A stretch of 64,000 nt of DNA from Histomonas meleagridis 2922-C6/04-290x (lineage: Eukaryota; Protista; Parabasalia): positions 182,596-246,595 of the forward strand of contig JAANOX010000111.1 in assembly GCA_020184695.1 (NCBI GenBank). The letters run 5' to 3'. Numbering within the stretch: the first letter of the stretch is position 1; the number at the start of each line of letters is the position of its first letter. Shown here one piece after another: positions 1-10,976 of the stretch. The notes beneath the pieces are model-generated. The model saw only the letters and a program-made list of their open reading frames with translations, was not told where the DNA came from and did not search any database. The position numbers were made by a program, and so were the translations under genes.

Positions 1-914
1 GGTGGAACTGGTTGTGTGTTTGCAGGATAGTTATTAACTGGTGGTAAATATTGATTTTGAGGAACTTGATATCCACCTTGTGGAGGTGGAGCTTGTTTAG
101 GAGGTGGTTGGTAATATGTTGGTGGGATTGATGGATTAGGATTTGTTGAATATGGAATTACAGGTTTGGGTGGTTGCTTCTCAATTTCAGATGGTTGTGG
201 ATAATGTGGATATGCTTGTTGAATTGGTGGAGTTGTTGGTGGATAAGCCTTTGGTTGTTGTGGTGGATATCCTTGTTGTGGTGGATATCCTTGTTGTGGT
301 GGATATCCTTGTTGTGGTGGATATCCTTGTTGTGGAGGATAACCTTGTTGTTGAGGTGGATAGCCTTGAGCTGGTGGATATTCAGTTGGTGGAGCTGGGT
401 AGAAGCATTGTTGTGGTCCTGAAGTATTTTCTGTTGGTTGTGGTTGTATAGGTGCTTGTGGTTGAACAGCTTGTCCTGGTGTAGTTCCTGCCTTAGCTAA
501 TGTTACTGGTGAAGGTGGTGCCCTGAATGGATGTGCAGATGTTGAAGCAAGATGGATACGTAAATGAATACGAACCAATCCATACTTAGAGCTCTTGCAC
601 TTTAAGTCAAACCATTGTTCAAGAACAGTATTAGCAACAAACAAGTTAATTGGCAATTGAAGGGTACCAACTGTGTCATCGCTACCCATAATGTTTTCTA
701 GTTTTAAGGTGAGCAAGAACATTTGTGTTTTTGGATTTGTTACCATTAAGGTAAAAGTTTGGTTCCATCTTGGTTGTGTATCATTAGGGATAATGTTTGT
801 TCTTCTTTGAAGGCTGTTTCCTATGACCTGTAAATAACAGTATGTTGATGGAAGGCCCTTCTTCTTGATGTTCGTAAGCCCTTCAGCTTCGATTACACAT
901 ACGTGGAGATTCAT
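1..914 (-). CDS. C2-domain protein with Pro/Gln/Tyr-rich (GYPPQQ) tail; 3' end runs off the window
   Basis: Manual translation from ATG at 914: MNLHVCVIEAEGL...PSTYCYLQV...TQPRWNQTFTL...VGTLQLPIN...EQWFDL (C2 fold pattern), then GYPPQQ repeats. Open to position 1 and absent from the ORF track because it has no stop. Confidence 0.85.
   Translation of the reverse strand, partial: MNLHVCVIEAEGLTNIKKKGLPSTYCYLQVIGNSLQRRTNIIPNDTQPRWNQTFTLMVTNPKTQMFLLTLKLENIMGSDDTVGTLQLPINLFVANTVLEQWFDLKCKSSKYGLVRIHLRIHLASTSAHPFRAPPSPVTLAKAGTTPGQAVQPQAPIQPQPTENTSGPQQCFYPAPPTEYPPAQGYPPQQQGYPPQQGYPPQQGYPPQQGYPPQQGYPPQQPKAYPPTTPPIQQAYPHYPQPSEIEKQPPKPVIPYSTNPNPSIPPTYYQPPPKQAPPPQGGYQVPQNQYLPPVNNYPANTQPVP
255..365 (-). 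repeat. 18-bp coding tandem repeat (GYPPQQ): 4 exact copies plus degenerate copies
   Basis: ttgttgtggtggatatcc exact at 255-326, degenerate to about 365. Confidence 0.9.
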
Positions 915-1404
915 TCTAAAAATGATAAGATGACTTTTCTGAGGAAAACGATAGTTTTATCGGAACTTTTTTTATTCAAAGTAATCGTAAAAATCTGAAT
1001 TTGAATGGGGTTACGGTGATATAAACCGTTGCATTTACTCGGTTTGACCAAATTACAATTGAAAAAAATGTTGTGATACTGGTGATCAATTGGAGAAGAA
1101 ATCAGATTTCCTATAACTTTGATTACTTAAAATATTACAATAAATTTAATGACATATTTATTTCTAAAAAATCATAATAAATTTTTATTTCTAACAAAAG
1201 AAAAATTTGGTTAAAAGTTAGCGGTCATTGAACAATAGAACTCTCAAATTTGAATGAAACCGAGAAAATTTTCTTTCTGACGTTGATAACTTTTCAATTA
1301 AAAAAAATCTGACATTTGATAATAACTTATTATTTGCACATAAAATTTCGTTAAACAAAAGTAAAAAAAATACAAAAGTTTAATAATATGATTAAAACAA
1401 TTTC

Positions 1405-4335
1405 CTATGCAAAATCCGACACGCACCAAAAATGAGCGAAACCATTTTCATCTCCTGTCATAAAAATTTCATTTATATGATTTGCGCATTTTATAGGATA
1501 AATATGTTTATGTAATGATTCGATATTTAAATTTATCTCATCGTTGTCATTATCATCATTATTAATCATTAAATTCTTTTTTAATTCTCCGTCGAAAAGT
1601 AATAAACTATTTTGGAAATCCATACAATCGACATAAACGACATTTAAATCGTTTATAATTACACCATTACCATCATAAGGCAACACGAACGAATTTTTCA
1701 TATTAAAAACAAATTCAGGATGATTCGCCTCAGTATCATAACATATGACATTATCCGGAGTAGCGACAATGAAATTACATTGATTTCTATTCACAAGTGC
1801 TAAACTTAACACAGATGGAGTATATATATTCGAAATAGGTAACATTATTCGCGTATCGAATATTGTCACAAGTCCCTCATTAAATCCGACTCCTAATAAA
1901 ACGTTATTCCTCCATGTACAAAAAGAAGAAGTTGAAAAAAGATTATTACCAAATGTTATAGTGTTTTGTATATTATAATCTCTCTTATCAAAGATAATCA
2001 TTTTCCCTTTTTTCGATATTCCATATAATATATTCGGATCAGTTGAAATAATATTTGTTACTGGTGACTCGAAATTTATATTCGTTTCTGTTCTTTGTTT
2101 AGTGTTTAAATCTATTAATGAAAGTTTTCCTATTTCATTAGCAATTGCAATTGAATTTGTATTACGAATTTGTGTAATTGCTGAAACGCCATTTTCTTCT
2201 TCAATAAATAAATATGAGCGTTTGTTTCGTGGCGCTAAATAAACATTTCCTTTAGTGTCTGACATTATTCCGAATAAATTTTCTTCATAAATCGGACTCA
2301 TTATTGAAATTGGATAATCTGAAATTTTATAACTTGAGATAAAACGTGGAGAAATTGTTATGCCGATATGTGTCATTAATGATTCAGTTTCAAATTTCTT
2401 TTTTTCAATTGATTTTATTATGTTCTTATGATATTGTTGTGGCTCTAATAAATCATGAATAAATAAACTTAAGTTTTCATATTCGAAAAAATTAGGAAGT
2501 AATCGAAATATTTTTGTTGTATAATATTTGAAGTTTGGTGAATTTATTGTTTCTTTAAATTCTAATATTAAGAAATATAATTCGGGTGTTAATGTTTTAG
2601 GAAATAAATTTTGTTCTAAAAGCCATAAAATATTTGATAAATATGAAATTATATTTTTTTCTATTTTTTCTTCTTTTATTAATGTTAAAATTATTGTTGG
2701 AATATCTTTATAAAGTTGTCTTAATAAATGTTTTTCATTCGAATTTTCATAATATATTCGATAAATTCGGAATATTCCTATTTTAAGTTTAACATTATTT
2801 TCGGATGTTAAACATGAAAACATTAACTTATGGAAATATATAAATGATTCATAATTTAATTTATCAATAATCAAATACATAGAATGAATAAATCCTTTAA
2901 TAACAATAACTTCTGTTTCATTCTTAATGAAATTTAACATTTCAAATGCATATTGTATTATATCTGATTGAAGTTTATACATACTAATTGTCATTAAAGG
3001 ACAAACATTTGCTGTTGTTGTTCGAAATCCAATTGATTGATTATTTACTGCTTTACATATAATTGGTATTACATATTTTTGGAATATAATTTGAAATCCA
3101 TCAGGAATATTTTTTAAAGAACAAATTATTTTATAAATACATGTTAATGAATTGGATTTAACAATGTCAGAAGGTGTTTTAAGTAATGAACAAAAATGTG
3201 GTAAAACTCTATTTAGTTTAAAAATATCATTTAATGGTAATGAATAATCGTAAATAAAATTCATAAAATAAACGGTTTCTTGTACCTTTGAAGAATTCGA
3301 AAGATAACGCAAAAATATCCCTAAAAACAAAAGTCTTGATTCAGTTGGGAGATTTTCAAATAGTAATTCAAACGATGGTATTAATGATATAATATGTTTT
3401 AATTCTACTTCACCAGAAAAAAATTGTGACGATTGTTCTGATAATTGTGAGAAAGAAGGTGGGAAATATTCATGATATTTCTTGAAAACTGTGATTCTTT
3501 CATCAGGATCTAATGACAATAAAGATTTTATAAACGGTCGTATTTCGGTTGGAACTTTTTCAAGCTTTTCAGTGATGTCAATTTGCGACTTACGATATTG
3601 AATTAATTGGGAAAATGTAAAAAGATGGGATTCTGTGAAAAGATAGTAAAGAACAAGACCGGTAGAAAAAAGATCCATAGGGAATGTGCCTAACCCAAAG
3701 ATAGCACTTTCAATTTGTTTGTTGGAATCAATGATTTGATCAGGGGAAAGATAACAATACCCTTCAGAGGCAGTTGTGAAGTAGTGATGAAATAATTGTG
3801 GTTTGTCTTCTTTAATGTGAGATGGCTTAAATGGAGATAAATCACTGATTTTAACTTCTAAATCTAATGAAACAAATACATTGTGTGGGTTTATAGATCC
3901 ATGAATGAGATTGATCTCATGGAGTGAATTAACTGCTGATATGATTTTGAAAGAAATCCATAATTTTTCGATTGATTCAAGTGGTGGATATTCTTCAATT
4001 CTTTGAGAAAGTGTAAATTCGTACTTTGGCCGGATTAGGAAAGCGCAATTATCGACTACATGAATTGCATTATATACTCCAATATTATCAATCTTATTCA
4101 TTGAATCTTTTAATATGTTAAAATAAATTTCGCAGCTCCCTATTAAACTCATTTGTTTTAGTGGTGCATTTGACTGAAATGCTTTTACAATAACTGGGTT
4201 TCTTTTTTTATCAATACAATCAAGGTTAAGAGCAAATGTTCCTGATTCATTAAATTTTTTGACTGTAATTCCAAAGTAGTGGAGATAATCAGAATACCAA
4301 TTTCCCATAGAAGGAATTACTACTTCATTTCCCAT
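1405..4335 (-). CDS. VPS15: Vps15/PIK3R4-like regulatory subunit (kinase-like + HEAT + WD40)
   Basis: MG start; RPKYEFTLSQRI, EKLWISFKIISAV, HGSINPHNVFV, LSDLSPFKP..I, HHYF motifs; central helical region; C-terminal WD-like strands. Confidence 0.85.
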   Translation of the reverse strand: MGNEVVIPSMGNWYSDYLHYFGITVKKFNESGTFALNLDCIDKKRNPVIVKAFQSNAPLKQMSLIGSCEIYFNILKDSMNKIDNIGVYNAIHVVDNCAFLIRPKYEFTLSQRIEEYPPLESIEKLWISFKIISAVNSLHEINLIHGSINPHNVFVSLDLEVKISDLSPFKPSHIKEDKPQLFHHYFTTASEGYCYLSPDQIIDSNKQIESAIFGLGTFPMDLFSTGLVLYYLFTESHLFTFSQLIQYRKSQIDITEKLEKVPTEIRPFIKSLLSLDPDERITVFKKYHEYFPPSFSQLSEQSSQFFSGEVELKHIISLIPSFELLFENLPTESRLLFLGIFLRYLSNSSKVQETVYFMNFIYDYSLPLNDIFKLNRVLPHFCSLLKTPSDIVKSNSLTCIYKIICSLKNIPDGFQIIFQKYVIPIICKAVNNQSIGFRTTTANVCPLMTISMYKLQSDIIQYAFEMLNFIKNETEVIVIKGFIHSMYLIIDKLNYESFIYFHKLMFSCLTSENNVKLKIGIFRIYRIYYENSNEKHLLRQLYKDIPTIILTLIKEEKIEKNIISYLSNILWLLEQNLFPKTLTPELYFLILEFKETINSPNFKYYTTKIFRLLPNFFEYENLSLFIHDLLEPQQYHKNIIKSIEKKKFETESLMTHIGITISPRFISSYKISDYPISIMSPIYEENLFGIMSDTKGNVYLAPRNKRSYLFIEEENGVSAITQIRNTNSIAIANEIGKLSLIDLNTKQRTETNINFESPVTNIISTDPNILYGISKKGKMIIFDKRDYNIQNTITFGNNLFSTSSFCTWRNNVLLGVGFNEGLVTIFDTRIMLPISNIYTPSVLSLALVNRNQCNFIVATPDNVICYDTEANHPEFVFNMKNSFVLPYDGNGVIINDLNVVYVDCMDFQNSLLLFDGELKKNLMINNDDNDNDEINLNIESLHKHIYPIKCANHINEIFMTGDENGFAHFWCVSDFA

Positions 4336-4350
4336 TTTTTAAGTTCGTTT

Positions 4351-4360
4351 AGGGCGCCCA
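4351..4360 (-). promoter_or_regulatory. Candidate core-promoter element TGGGCGCCCT, 15 nt upstream of the Vps15 ATG
   Basis: Near-identical element recurs at 29131-29140 and 55430-55439 in the same position relative to a start codon. Confidence 0.45.
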
Positions 4361-4461
4361 AATGTTTTGAATCCATAAAACGGTTATTCGTTTTAGTAAA
4401 ATTTTTGGAATTAAAAGAAATTTGAAGCATTTCCTTTTTTATTAAAACCCAAAATCATCTT

Positions 4462-6219
4462 TCACCATGATGACGAATGCGATTTTTGTAGGTATAAATG
4501 AGTGAGTATATAAAAGATCGAAACAGATATAATTAAAACTAATGTAATTCCACTTAACAACAATAGATAAAAAATCCCTGGTGGCATTTTATATTTTGGG
4601 GAAGATGGTTCAAATGTTGTTTCTTTATATGTTTTTTCGAAGTTTATTTTATTTTCGCTTTGTTCTTTCCAATCAAATACTTTTTTGGGTTCATCAGGTT
4701 TATTTTTAGCAAAAAATTCTTCCAAAGTTATATGTTTTGTTTCACTTATTATTGTCTTTGTTCCAATAGATGCAAATGCTGCAACATGTACATAAGAAAA
4801 ATGATAATATTTATCAACTGGAATAGTTCCATGAGAAATTTTAGCATCTGCTTGTTTTACTGATGTAATATTTGTGTTATCATAAATATCATTTATATAT
4901 AGATATTTAATTTTCAATGTAGAATAATCAAATTTAGTCATATCTGATAAATATTGCTTCTTACCACTGGGTGTAAATCCAATAATTTTATAATAATATT
5001 CTTTTCTCTTTATACTTAATTTTAATGTTTTGGTATATAAATCTTTTATTACTGTAGGTTTATTAAGTTTTAATGCGTATTGAAATGAATTATCATAAGT
5101 ATATTGAAGTGACGTTTTTTGATATAAATAACATAAAACGTTAACAAGAGTTTTCCTTTCGTTTTCTGTTATTAAATGTTTACTATGACCAATTTGAATC
5201 ATTGCTGTATTTTTAAATGTTGTTAAATAATATCTTGGATCTACGTATGTATATTCTGATAATAATGAATTTGGAATTTCATATTTAAAGCTTTCTGCTT
5301 GTAATAATGGTGTAAAATACCCAGAATTTTCTAAATAATATTTGTCATCATATAAATTCATCCATACATCACCAAATGCTGCATTGTTATTTGTATGTGT
5401 TAATGCAATTGGAAATTGTGAATCTTCTATTTTATATGGATAATTCGTTACTAATCCTCTTTTTGAGATTTTAACTTTTGAAGCATAATATTTAAATTCA
5501 TTCAAGATGCTTCCAATACAGAGTTGGTATGGTTGACATTTCTTAATAAACGGATTGACTGCAGTTAATATTCCAAATTGATCAGCAAGATTACCAAATC
5601 CTTCAGTATAGCCATAAATATATCCAACTACATCATGTGTGAATAAAATACCATAGCCTAAATTAAGGTAATTAGTTACTTTTTCTACCACACGATATTT
5701 CGGAAAGTTTTTACCAAATTTATCCCAAGAACCAAAAACGATTACATCATACTTTTTCATTTCGTCCAAATTTAAAAAATTAAAATCAAGAAATGAAATA
5801 GGTGTTACATGAATAAATTGTTGATTATTAACAGGATTCTTACCAGATGCATTAAATGAATATGTTTTGTTTTCGAATTCAAAACTACCACCTTCCATCC
5901 ATACTTTTAAAGAAGCTGATAAATGCATCTCACCAGAATTAGTATGATCGTCATACATGAAAGTAACCTTAGGAATTACATAATTTTCATCACCATCAGG
6001 ATAAACATTTAAAACTTTTATTTTTTTAGTTGTTCTAAAATCAAAAGAACTAATAGGGTTCCAATCAAAACCACCATTATCTGATCGATATGCCACATAT
6101 GTTAAGTTTTGAGATGTATCACTAAAAGACCATTTTAATAAAACATCTTGTTGATTTAAGGAAATATCGAGTTTAATCTTTTCTTCCGATTTAATAAAAC
6201 CAATCAAGATAAGAAACAT
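4462..6219 (-). CDS. Predicted single-pass surface protein with Firmicutes-type DUF5057-like domain
   Basis: Short hydrophobic N-terminus, C-terminal TM helix (LLLLSGITLVLIISVSIFYIL). Motifs KVLNVYP, LKVWMEGG, YDVIVFGSWD, GILFTHDV, GLVTNYPY, YLTTFKNTAMIQIGHS match my recollection of this family. Confidence 0.7.
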   Translation of the reverse strand: MFLILIGFIKSEEKIKLDISLNQQDVLLKWSFSDTSQNLTYVAYRSDNGGFDWNPISSFDFRTTKKIKVLNVYPDGDENYVIPKVTFMYDDHTNSGEMHLSASLKVWMEGGSFEFENKTYSFNASGKNPVNNQQFIHVTPISFLDFNFLNLDEMKKYDVIVFGSWDKFGKNFPKYRVVEKVTNYLNLGYGILFTHDVVGYIYGYTEGFGNLADQFGILTAVNPFIKKCQPYQLCIGSILNEFKYYASKVKISKRGLVTNYPYKIEDSQFPIALTHTNNNAAFGDVWMNLYDDKYYLENSGYFTPLLQAESFKYEIPNSLLSEYTYVDPRYYLTTFKNTAMIQIGHSKHLITENERKTLVNVLCYLYQKTSLQYTYDNSFQYALKLNKPTVIKDLYTKTLKLSIKRKEYYYKIIGFTPSGKKQYLSDMTKFDYSTLKIKYLYINDIYDNTNITSVKQADAKISHGTIPVDKYYHFSYVHVAAFASIGTKTIISETKHITLEEFFAKNKPDEPKKVFDWKEQSENKINFEKTYKETTFEPSSPKYKMPPGIFYLLLLSGITLVLIISVSIFYILTHLYLQKSHSSSW

Positions 6220-6773
6220 TTGGTGGAATATAAATTAGTGTTTTAGAAAACTTTATCTTATTTCATTAAAAGCTTTCATTTTCACTTCGTTTTTTTTGTT
6301 TTAAAAGGTAATTGTTAAAAACTATTTTATTTTTGAACTGAATTAAACAGGCATCTTGTTACAAGTAATAAAAAAATTAAAGATACGTTTTGCGTAGAAA
6401 AACTATGTTCTCATAAACTTAATGAAAATAAAAAATAATATATTTGTCACTCAAATTGATTAAACTTAAACACATTAAAGTTTAAGACAAAACGCAATTT
6501 TTTCCAATTTCAACAATAAATTAAAAAATGTAATTTTAACATCAATTTATTGGAGTCCTTATTGTGATATTTTTTGTTGTTGTTTAAAAAGTATTTCATG
6601 AAATAGCTTCCTTAAAATATAGGTAGAAAAATATTAAAAGAAGGAGAATAAGAATTTTGGATAAATAAGTCAAATCTTTACACTCATTGTTTCTTAAATT
6701 AACCTAAAAAAATTTTGAAGGTTTTGTTCTTTTTTAATGCTTCAGCTAAAATTTCACATAACATTTCAGCCAG

Positions 6774-7043
6774 ATGAAAGCGAGCGATCCACAAACCCAA
6801 AGCCATCTCACAGCTCAAGAAGCAATAAAAAATTCACAACAATGGGCTAACGCAGTTAGAAGAGACGCAATTGCAGCTACTCTTCTAGATCCAAATTTAA
6901 TGTGCTTTCATTCAGTCGCTACAGATGAACCAGAATCTGTCGTTCGTTCGAAACTTATGGAACAAATGGCCAGTGGATATAAACCTAGCCCAATTAGGGA
7001 ACTACAAAGTTTTCTCCCAACTTTAATTACAAATGTGAAATAA
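6774..7043 (+). CDS. Small hypothetical protein (89 aa)
   Basis: ATG ORF with normal amino-acid composition, TCACA Inr-like motif about 18 nt upstream, GC above the flanks. Confidence 0.55.
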   Translation: MKASDPQTQSHLTAQEAIKNSQQWANAVRRDAIAATLLDPNLMCFHSVATDEPESVVRSKLMEQMASGYKPSPIRELQSFLPTLITNVK

Positions 7044-7476
7044 AAATTAAATTGTTTTCGTTATATTCATCTTAAAATTTGTTCCTCATCAAAACATCAA
7101 TATTATTAATGCAATCATCCTGATATAAGCGTACATTTGTTTCAAGGCATTGCCATTATTTGTTCCTTATTAATCCTTATATTTTTAAAAAATGATGATC
7201 AAATAACATGTTTACGAGTTAGAATTTTTTATCATTATGAGCACCTTCCAAAACTCAAGTAACTTGATTCAAGAATTAGACAATTATTAAGGCTTATTAA
7301 TTCCATGACTAAATCATTTCAAAATTTTGTATTTTTTCTTCATCTAATTTTATATAAAAGAAAAAAATGTACATATGTAACAAGGTGAAATAGCTTTAAT
7401 CAACAGTTTACTAAGTTCAACGATAGATAATTCTGAGTATTTCGTATCAAAAAGCATTCAAACATGTATCGTTTTG

Positions 7477-9507
7477 TCACTCTTTTGTTTCTTTTGTCTC
7501 CTTATTTTCTTCATCTTTTTCTTCTTCTTCGCTTTCATCTATTGCATATCCATTATCCTGTGCATCTTTTTGCACCAAATATTTCACTTCTTCCTTGAAG
7601 CTAGCAGCGTTATAAATTTCTTGCTCGAACAATTCCTTCATGAAGTAGTCGCCCCACTTTTGCCACTGAATTCCCGTTTCGAAATCGCATGAAACTCTTT
7701 CGAATTTTGTTTTCTTTGGAAATATTTCATCAACATCGACACCGTCGATTACTTCACCGAATTCATCACTTCCAACTTTAGAATATTTCTTAAATTTTGA
7801 TATTACAGTTTTATTAAATTTCAAAATTAGATTTAATTCATTTGAATTTTCTTCTTTTTCTTCCAATAATTTCTTGAAATATTTTGTTTCCTTAACAATA
7901 ACAATTAGAAATCCATTTTCTTTGTTACATTCATTTTGTATCATTTTTACAAAACCTTTTAATAACATATCAATGCAATAACTATTGTTATCTTTAACAC
8001 ATTGTTTAAATAACTGAATGACTTTTGTTGCTGTCGAAACTAAATATTTATAAACAAACTCAGAAACAATATAAAACAAAAACGCAAATTTCGTTAATAT
8101 ATATTTCGATGTTGGTACTAAATTTAATAAAAACTCAAATAAGACATCAGCATAAGAACCATTGTGCGGCTTAAAGTTACAACTAAATCCATCTAAACAT
8201 GGATTGTTTAATTCTTTTGCGGCGCCTTCATTCATTAAAATATTAATTAATGAAGATATGATGATGTTATGTATATACGTAACACCTGTTTTCTCATGTG
8301 AATATTGTGATGAATCTAAAAGTTGATGAATAAAATCATTCGACTTATTCTCTTTTGATAAAAATTCACCAAACGTCGGATGATAATAACTTAACATAAA
8401 GAAAAATGTTATCAGTTCTGATGCATATGGATATAATGGACCAAAAGTTGGCTTTATCGGATTATTCGTATCATAAAATGCAATTAAAATTTTTTCGGAA
8501 TCCATATTTGATATAGAACTTTGAAATACACAATTCTCAAAGAGACGGATAGATAAAATAATACAATTTCGTAATGGTTTGGAAAGTTGTTCATTGCGTC
8601 GTTCAAGAAATGTAAGTGAATTGTACCTCGACGATAACTGACAAACGGATTCAATGAACTTTTTGTGCGGAAAGTCAAAAAATGGAATTGAAAGAGTTTT
8701 GATCGTTATCGTTGAAGGAAGAAAGAAATTTGGTGATGCGAAGAAAAGAAGAGCATGAACAATGTCAAAGCGAGCTTGGCTGAAAAGACTATTGCCAAAT
8801 GATGACTGAGTCCAAATTTCTTGGTCAGCTTCAATTGTGAGACCTTTCTTAAATAAAAGTTGTGAAATTGTTCGAATGTATGAAGTAATGATTTTGCCAT
8901 TACACTGGGAAGCTACAAAGTTAATAGCATTTAGCTTATCTTGATCAATGTTTGATTGTTCATTTTGAGGATTATGTTGTTCTACTTGGGGTGAAGCTTG
9001 TTGAGGAGATTGAAGAGCAGGTTTCGAATTTTCATTTTGATTTGAATCTTCATTACTTGGTTTAGAATTTTCTTCATGCTTTGTTGCTTCATATGCTATT
9101 TTTTTCATTTCATTTTTTATTACTATGTATTGATCACCAAGGCCGTTTTCAATATATTTTAATAATGAAGTCAGAAAACTATTATAAATAAGAACCTCAG
9201 TACAACATCTAAATATATTCAAGTTTAAATGAAGTTGGTTAACGATATCTATAGGAAATTCTGTTTTTGATTCAGCGGCATTCAACATTGTTAAGTGTTG
9301 ATAACTATAAGTCATAAGGTTGATTAAATTTTGGGGATATTTTAATGCTACTTCATTCAATAAACGAGGATAAGGTAAAACAAATTCTGATTGATTTGTT
9401 GTTGATGCAAGAATACTTGTCCACAAAGGATCATTGATGTCATAACTTTTCATAGAAAGCCTTGCGAGAAGTGTCATGTATTGATCTTTAGATTCGGACA
9501 CTCCCAT
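7477..9507 (-). CDS. HID1/dymeclin-family protein
   Basis: 676 aa, MGVSESK myristoylation-type start, YPQNLINL, GSYADVLFEFL, NGFLIVIV motifs resembling HID1. Confidence 0.65.
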   Translation of the reverse strand: MGVSESKDQYMTLLARLSMKSYDINDPLWTSILASTTNQSEFVLPYPRLLNEVALKYPQNLINLMTYSYQHLTMLNAAESKTEFPIDIVNQLHLNLNIFRCCTEVLIYNSFLTSLLKYIENGLGDQYIVIKNEMKKIAYEATKHEENSKPSNEDSNQNENSKPALQSPQQASPQVEQHNPQNEQSNIDQDKLNAINFVASQCNGKIITSYIRTISQLLFKKGLTIEADQEIWTQSSFGNSLFSQARFDIVHALLFFASPNFFLPSTITIKTLSIPFFDFPHKKFIESVCQLSSRYNSLTFLERRNEQLSKPLRNCIILSIRLFENCVFQSSISNMDSEKILIAFYDTNNPIKPTFGPLYPYASELITFFFMLSYYHPTFGEFLSKENKSNDFIHQLLDSSQYSHEKTGVTYIHNIIISSLINILMNEGAAKELNNPCLDGFSCNFKPHNGSYADVLFEFLLNLVPTSKYILTKFAFLFYIVSEFVYKYLVSTATKVIQLFKQCVKDNNSYCIDMLLKGFVKMIQNECNKENGFLIVIVKETKYFKKLLEEKEENSNELNLILKFNKTVISKFKKYSKVGSDEFGEVIDGVDVDEIFPKKTKFERVSCDFETGIQWQKWGDYFMKELFEQEIYNAASFKEEVKYLVQKDAQDNGYAIDESEEEEKDEENKETKETKE

Positions 9508-9698
9508 TTTATGAGATGAAAAAAATTGAGTTTATTATGATCGACATCAAACTTTTTGAAAGTTGTCAAATTGTACAAATTGAAAATTAACAAACGGATT
9601 TTTTTATATAAAAAAGATTTTTTTGTTTAATAAAAAAAATTATCCAAATTTAAACAGAAAGAATGAATTTGTTTACAAAAACATATATAAAAAATACA

Positions 9699-10976
9699 TT
9701 AATCACTTTGAGATTCAATTTTCAAATCATCAAAATGTTCATAGATATTTTCTTCATATTTAAAATCATCATTTTCATCAGCACCAACAACATTTTCCTC
9801 ATTCATTGTTGGCTTTATATTCTTAACTCCATAAAATCCTCCTTGAACAAGAATAAGAGCGAACAGACAAAATGTTACAGATGTTCCGAATTGAGAAGAT
9901 AAAATGGAATACGCAAAAATAGTCAAAAACGAAAAAATCCAGTTCAAAGACGAAAGCAATGAAAGTCCCGTTTGGCGAACATTGCTTGGGAACAGCTCAG
10001 GCACAACAAGCCATGTTATAGGGCCTAATCCAAAACAGAAAAAGAACAAAAACGCAAAAGCAGCAAAAATTTCTATATATGCACTAAGATGAAGAAATTC
10101 GCAAAGAGCTAAAAGAAAAACAGAAGTAGCAGAGCCAAATAAAGATAGGGCCCACGCTTTAACTCGGCCAATCTTATCTATGAGAAAGATACAAATAATG
10201 CATGAAAAGCATTGTGCTGATGCAGCAATTGTGGAACCTGATTTACTTGTGATAATAGATCCTAGATTGGTAAGAACAGCATTAATGCCACTGAACTGTT
10301 GGAAAAACATAAGTAAAATACCTATTATAAGATTTTTGCGATATTTGACATCGAATAATGAATTGCTAATATTATTTGATACAAGTTCTTGATCGTCTTG
10401 CAAGGAAGAATAACTAACATCTGGGATTTTGAGCGAGAAAATAAGAAGAAGATCTGTAATAACCATGGAAAATATTGCAAGTGGTTTCCATTTAAGATAC
10501 ATTCCAACAAAGTTCGCTAAAAAGATTCCAATGGTTATACCTAGCTGGTGCATAGAACCATAAATATTGCGAAATTCATCTGGAGTGATATCAGATATAT
10601 AACCAGGAAATACTGCTGATATTCCACCAAGTGCAATGCCTAATAAACCACGGTGAAGTATAACAATTCCTGGATAATCAGCTGCTGTGATAATGAGAAT
10701 AAGCCAGGAAAGAATACAAAGAACTGATATTGCTTGAACAATTCTTCGTTTTCCTCGTTTAGCGAAAATACCCGTATAAAGTGGTCCTAAAACTGCTGTG
10801 AGTGATGATATTGAGTTGAAAAAATTAACTTCAAATGGTTTCATATGAAAGTAAAGTATAATATCTTTTAATGTTGGCGATGGATAAGCAATCCCAATCC
10901 CAAGAGAAATAGATCCAAGTGTAAGAATTAAAACAGGAATAAATGCTCTTGACAAAATCGCAGCCTTCAGTGACAT
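9699..10976 (-). CDS. MFS sugar porter family transporter
   Basis: About 12 hydrophobic segments; FQQFSGINAV, IDKIGR, GLGPITWLVVPELFP signatures. Confidence 0.93.
   Translation of the reverse strand: MSLKAAILSRAFIPVLILTLGSISLGIGIAYPSPTLKDIILYFHMKPFEVNFFNSISSLTAVLGPLYTGIFAKRGKRRIVQAISVLCILSWLILIITAADYPGIVILHRGLLGIALGGISAVFPGYISDITPDEFRNIYGSMHQLGITIGIFLANFVGMYLKWKPLAIFSMVITDLLLIFSLKIPDVSYSSLQDDQELVSNNISNSLFDVKYRKNLIIGILLMFFQQFSGINAVLTNLGSIITSKSGSTIAASAQCFSCIICIFLIDKIGRVKAWALSLFGSATSVFLLALCEFLHLSAYIEIFAAFAFLFFFCFGLGPITWLVVPELFPSNVRQTGLSLLSSLNWIFSFLTIFAYSILSSQFGTSVTFCLFALILVQGGFYGVKNIKPTMNEENVVGADENDDFKYEENIYEHFDDLKIESQSD

Noticed and set aside
143-451. Val/Leu/Trp-rich + strand ORFs
   Set aside because: Antisense shadows of the GYPPQQ repeat.
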